The notes under the pieces were generated by a model. The model was not told the DNA's origin and searched no databases. It saw only the letters and a list, made by a program, of their open reading frames with translations. Below, piece by piece: positions 62,101 through 64,000 of a stretch of DNA of 64,000 nt. Within the stretch, counting starts at the first letter, position 1. Every line of letters begins with the position of its first letter. Source of the stretch: an uncultured virus (IMG/VR IMGVR_UViG_3300042691_055981) (Duplodnaviria > Heunggongvirae > Uroviricota > Caudoviricetes); IMG/VR virus record IMGVR_UViG_3300042691_055981; one strand, 5' to 3'. Position numbers and translations under genes: made by a program.

Positions 62101-63012
62101 GCCATTATAATTATCGCTTAATGCATTGTTTCCGATGACAATCGTGGAGCCAGGATTTTCAATACCAAAAGTATTATTAGTATTAGCTGAATCACCGATA
62201 TAAACACCCGGCATTATAGTATCATTCGCGGTTCCCTGGTTTACATTTCTTCCAATTATAGTGGCCCTTTCAACAAATGCAAACCCAAAGCTAGTAGCAC
62301 CAAAACCGATAATTGTATTAGTGAAGGAGTTCCCAGCACCAATATAGATTTTGTCTACATAAATTTCTTCTGTAGTTTCAAAGGATCCACGAGGATTTGT
62401 TAATCCAATACCCAACGAGCCATTTCTGAAGACAAAAGTGCTGATGCCCTGGATAGTGTTTGATGATGAGCCGAACGCCACTTGGTTTGAAGAAATTGAT
62501 CCACCTATGCTTGCAGATGAAGCAGGAATCCATTCTACACCATTTGTGGTAGAAGATAATATTTGACCAGCCGTTCCGGGGCTGAAATTTCTGTCATAAA
62601 ATGGCCCGCTTAAATTTAATGAACTAAATGTAGATAATCCTACGGAGAAGATTTGAGAAAACGATGCGATTCCTGAAACAGTGATTGTATTTGACACAAT
62701 CTTGCCAGAGAGCGGGAAGAATTGAATGGCGGGAAAGCTGGAAATCCCAGTGAAAGAACCAGCATAGTCTTGGTACGGCCCAACAAATTTTCTTTGATTA
62801 TTGAGTGTTCCAATTCCGCCAAGAAGAATTACTGGCTCTGAATTTTGTTCCCAGTTATAGATTGTGGAACGTAAATCATCAACATTTGGGGTAAAAACAA
62901 AGGTGCCGACACCAGATTCATACCATTTTAAATCAATCTGGGAAACAGATGTGCTAAGCCCACTGTAAGAACCCGGAGTAATCAATATGCTTTTATTAGT
63001 CTGTGCTGCCAT
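56152..63012 (-). CDS. Giant repetitive tail fibre / adhesin (2286 aa)
   Basis: Recurrent G.LGIGT..P...L.V, LTNLNASNLASGTVPS and (V/I)IG beta-helix repeats. Confidence 0.8.
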   Translation of the reverse strand: MAAQTNKSILITPGSYSGLSTSVSQIDLKWYESGVGTFVFTPNVDDLRSTIYNWEQNSEPVILLGGIGTLNNQRKFVGPYQDYAGSFTGISSFPAIQFFPLSGKIVSNTITVSGIASFSQIFSVGLSTFSSLNLSGPFYDRNFSPGTAGQILSSTTNGVEWIPASSASIGGSISSNQVAFGSSSNTIQGISTFVFRNGSLGIGLTNPRGSFETTEEIYVDKIYIGAGNSFTNTIIGFGATSFGFAFVERATIIGRNVNQGTANDTIMPGVYIGDSANTNNTFGIENPGSTIVIGNNALSDNYNGSTNSGMLIIGNNAYRYVENNDVFSTSTVIGHDAYSGTPATPMQDSGGGNSVVIGYGAVFAVSHGNSVVIGNVAGFGTFTLSSNSNNTIVGAYAGPYMSNSNNNTFIGNSVNVSYSPTNPFTGENNIAIGAGAGVTNGNYQIAIGIDGNTRTARSNAGAWGGITNATRTDLGIGTLNPLARLHVATLNAANAGFYLAGQPSQTANLFRIDQIINGNPYFVINGIGSVGIYTSVPTQAFDVLGNVRFRGNIFDSSNTSGTANQILVSTSSGILWTSANTIGIVTGINGVANYLAKFGSPNSLTTSNIIDNGSVITIGLGMSVNGFSSSLGFYGPGTNLTNLNASNIASGTVPSARVSGSYSGITSVGNLTNLNVIGIASATGYTGDGTNLTNLNASNLASGTVPSVVLSGTYSGITSVGTLTQLRVTGISTLAGASISSFLLDLAGRPGLANSVLTSIGTAVLWSASAGGGGGGGGTIGGSISATQIAFGASPNNIQGIGTLVLINGLLGVNTNAPLANLDVFGVVNVTGVVTSLGYTGPGTNLTNLNASNLESGTVPSATVSGFYSGITSVGTLTQLRVTGFSTVNNLAVSGSIYDSVNNVGLARSVLISTGTGISWSSVPAAGRNTWVQFNSGGTLGASTNLTFDAATSRLALGGGIEVGQDSFLSNKARMYYDSSLGLVFSGRAGSGNDLTFTSGSGNIVFSNPTGTSDFQLTNGSLLAAGFGSFGGYVRIDGGSFAAGQNRLYQDGSLGFVAVGGRSGTANDFTLLARDGFTIFRNPTGTRNLEFTNGTITVPAGNFGIGTTIPNSKLHVETLSASARGFYLAGQPSQTANLLRFDQTTNGLPYLVVTGIGSIGVYTSIPTQAFDVSGNVRLRGGVWDSSNNQGLANSVLTSTGSGGVLWAAPGSGTPGGGTIGGSISATQIAFGASPNNIQGVGTFVLINGLLGVNTNNPVANLDVFGVVNVTGVVTSLGYTGPGTNLTNLNASNLASGTVPSDRVSGNYSGITSVGTLTQLRVTGISTLAGASISSFLLDLAGRPGLANSVLTSIGTAVLWSASAGGAGGGTIGGSISATQIAFGASPNNIQGIGTFVFNNGSLGIGTDSPRGSLETTNEIYVDNIYIGAGNSFTNTIIGFGASTGGGDSDYSVVIGFDINSNNPPTKGVLIGSNASSNQTNQQFEDISTHVIIGNNAHSELLNFRPASAKVVIGADAYYNVNNTLDIDSGNSVVIGADAFSGTKDNPVTDHTAMVVIGNNASRYATHGNSVVIGFNAGLGTYTLSASQNNTLIGFQAGWYQEGSVAEGNTFIGANANSVYNASNPFTGSDNIAIGRGVGVTDGNYQIAIGVSIKTARANAGAWGGITNATRTDLGIGTLNPLSRLHVETLNASHAGFYLAGQPSQTANLLEIDRITNGSPYFVITGIGSVGIYTSIPTQAFDVSGNVRFRGNIFDSSNTSGLANQVLVSTSSGILWTSANTIGIATVINGLTNYIAKFGNPNSLTTSNIIDNGSVITIGLGMSVNGFSSSLGFYGPGTNLTNLNASSLASGTVPSARVAGNYSGITSVGNLTQLNVIGVVTSLGYFGPGTSLTNLNASNLASGTVPSAVVSGTYSGITSVGTLTQLRVTGISTLAGASISSFLLDLAGRPGLANSVLTSIGTAVLWSASAGGGPGGGTIGGSISVNQIPFGASANTIQGVSTFVLNNGLLGVNTDNPLSNLDVFGTFNVSGFSTVRNINISGRLYDNSVGSGNTGQLLTSTNSGIAWTTIDAIYYNLGADQVAYGIGTTTITGASTFVYRNGNLGVGTVAPTAGLHVQAGARFNGEIFDRNNSSGGPIGIISQVLTSTGTGVTWAPIKRSLVIPLMTAFTPTQVGIDSAVFIVPQDPINGIGIVTFNFRRVNLRVETPYAGITTINIAKSTGSGRFVGTSILQSNLNIIGAATYESNSTSFAVGYTTCSSGDKLSVNFIGVNTFHQNFTVELIAQEA
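57050..62430 (-). repeat. Internal direct repeats of the tail-fibre gene
   Basis: An ~1.7 kb module occurs twice (~62430-60650 and ~58830-57050). The GITSVGTLTQLRVTGISTLAGASISSFLLDLAGRPGLANSVLTSIGTAVLWSASAGG block occurs three times (~57100, ~58920, ~60700). Boundaries approximate. Confidence 0.85.
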
Positions 63013-63369
63013 TTAAAATATCCCGTCAGTGATAACCTTAATGTCTCCTGAAACCGCCACCTTCGTGGATGTTGGGTCGTCTTGAATTTGGAACTTATAT
63101 TTGTACTCCCCAACCTGTGTTAAAACATAATTTATATAATAAACTCCGGCCTCTTCTTCTTCAACTGCGGGAGTGGCGGAGTAAACCCCTGTGCCATTAT
63201 TAAAGCTAGACTGCGTAATGTTGGGGTCGTTTGAAATTATTTGGTTATTTGGTGTAAGGATATACCAATAGATAACGCGGGAGCTGCTCAATCCTACAAG
63301 ATTATTGTTGCTATCCAAAACTTCAAACGAAATTTTAGAATTCGTATTTCTGTAAAATAAGTTCGCCAC
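63013..63369 (-). CDS. Ig-like virion protein
   Basis: GVYYINY.....GEY.Y.F; AGG at -34. Confidence 0.55.
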   Translation of the reverse strand: MANLFYRNTNSKISFEVLDSNNNLVGLSSSRVIYWYILTPNNQIISNDPNITQSSFNNGTGVYSATPAVEEEEAGVYYINYVLTQVGEYKYKFQIQDDPTSTKVAVSGDIKVITDGIF

Positions 63370-63393
63370 GTTATTATATTTGAATTATTGATT

Positions 63394-63606
63394 CTAAAAA
63401 CCTGTTTGCGGATTGGTGCTAATTGTCTTTATCGCCTCAACTTTTGAACGAACAAATCTAGGCTCTACTCCGGTAACAATCGTGCCATTATCTGGTATAA
63501 TTGCAACAACCGCAGTTCTGCCCTTTCGAAATGAATAGGATACCTGACCTGATACTACAAAAAAATCTGAAAAGGTCCCGCCGGCAAATGTTAAATCGCC
63601 AAACAT
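63394..63606 (-). CDS. Small virion-module protein
   Basis: MFG...FA..TFS N-terminus, common in tail modules; abuts the upstream stop. Confidence 0.5.
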   Translation of the reverse strand: MFGDLTFAGGTFSDFFVVSGQVSYSFRKGRTAVVAIIPDNGTIVTGVEPRFVRSKVEAIKTISTNPQTGF

Positions 63607-64000
63607 TTATGACTCCAATGAGAATTTTGTATCAGTTCTTGATCCTATAATTAAATAATTATACTCAATTGGCTTTAAAGATGGAATTAAATTCTTGATT
63701 ATAAACGAATTTTTCATTTTCACAATCTTAAAAGGCATAAAGGAGTTAGATGTAACGGCGATTGTAGGATTTTCTGAAATTTTTAAGAAATAATCGGGCA
63801 AAATAATCTCCGCACACCATCTTGTTTTTATAATTCCCCGCTGATACATTCCGTATTCTGGGCCTTCAAGACAACCATGTATTAAGAATTTGTTTTTCAA
63901 GATTGGGTGTTTGATTTTGAAAGCCTTAGCAGTGGCCTGAATTACACCATTCACGAATAATTCCGGGGTATTTCCGGGGTAAAATTTTAAATCTGGGTCG
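63607..64000 (-). CDS. C-terminal part of a tail-fibre-type protein (5' end outside the window)
   Basis: K.F.I.HP......L.HGCLEGPE..Y.RG...I.LPDY C-terminal domain; frame open to the window edge. Confidence 0.7.
   Translation of the reverse strand, partial: DPDLKFYPGNTPELFVNGVIQATAKAFKIKHPILKNKFLIHGCLEGPEYGMYQRGIIKTRWCAEIILPDYFLKISENPTIAVTSNSFMPFKIVKMKNSFIIKNLIPSLKPIEYNYLIIGSRTDTKFSLES

Noticed and set aside
56152..63012. Diversity-generating retroelement acting on the fibre repeats
   Set aside because: No reverse transcriptase in the window, and the repeat differences look largely synonymous rather than adenine-specific.

Overview
An AT-rich, gene-dense 64 kb segment that reads as part of a large (jumbo) bacteriophage genome rather than a bacterial chromosome. 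It carries a tail-fibre/virion module at the right end, ThyX, dNMP kinase, two DNA glycosylases, a lone GroEL, tmRNA, a sigma-NusG-ECF sigma cluster, a solo TnpB, AhcY, SpeD, and a ~23 kb glycan island with GDP-heptose, GDP-colitose/fucose and amino-sugar pathway genes. Four signals are not explained by gene annotation. (1) An ORF missing from the supplied track (<1-525, minus) is a HinP1I-like restriction endonuclease, and by eye the window contains no GCGC site, the HinP1I target. (2) The octamer CACAATCT/AGATTGTG occurs at least 58 times on both strands, mostly inside genes. (3) There are two classes of apparent leaderless promoter: YGTAYAAW-N6-start, often as a bidirectional palindrome, and AGG exactly 34 nt before the start codon. 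(4) The AGG(-34) genes include toxin-, nuclease- and protease-like proteins that share short terminal peptide motifs, possibly virion cargo. All counts are manual and all family assignments come from motif recognition, not database searches.
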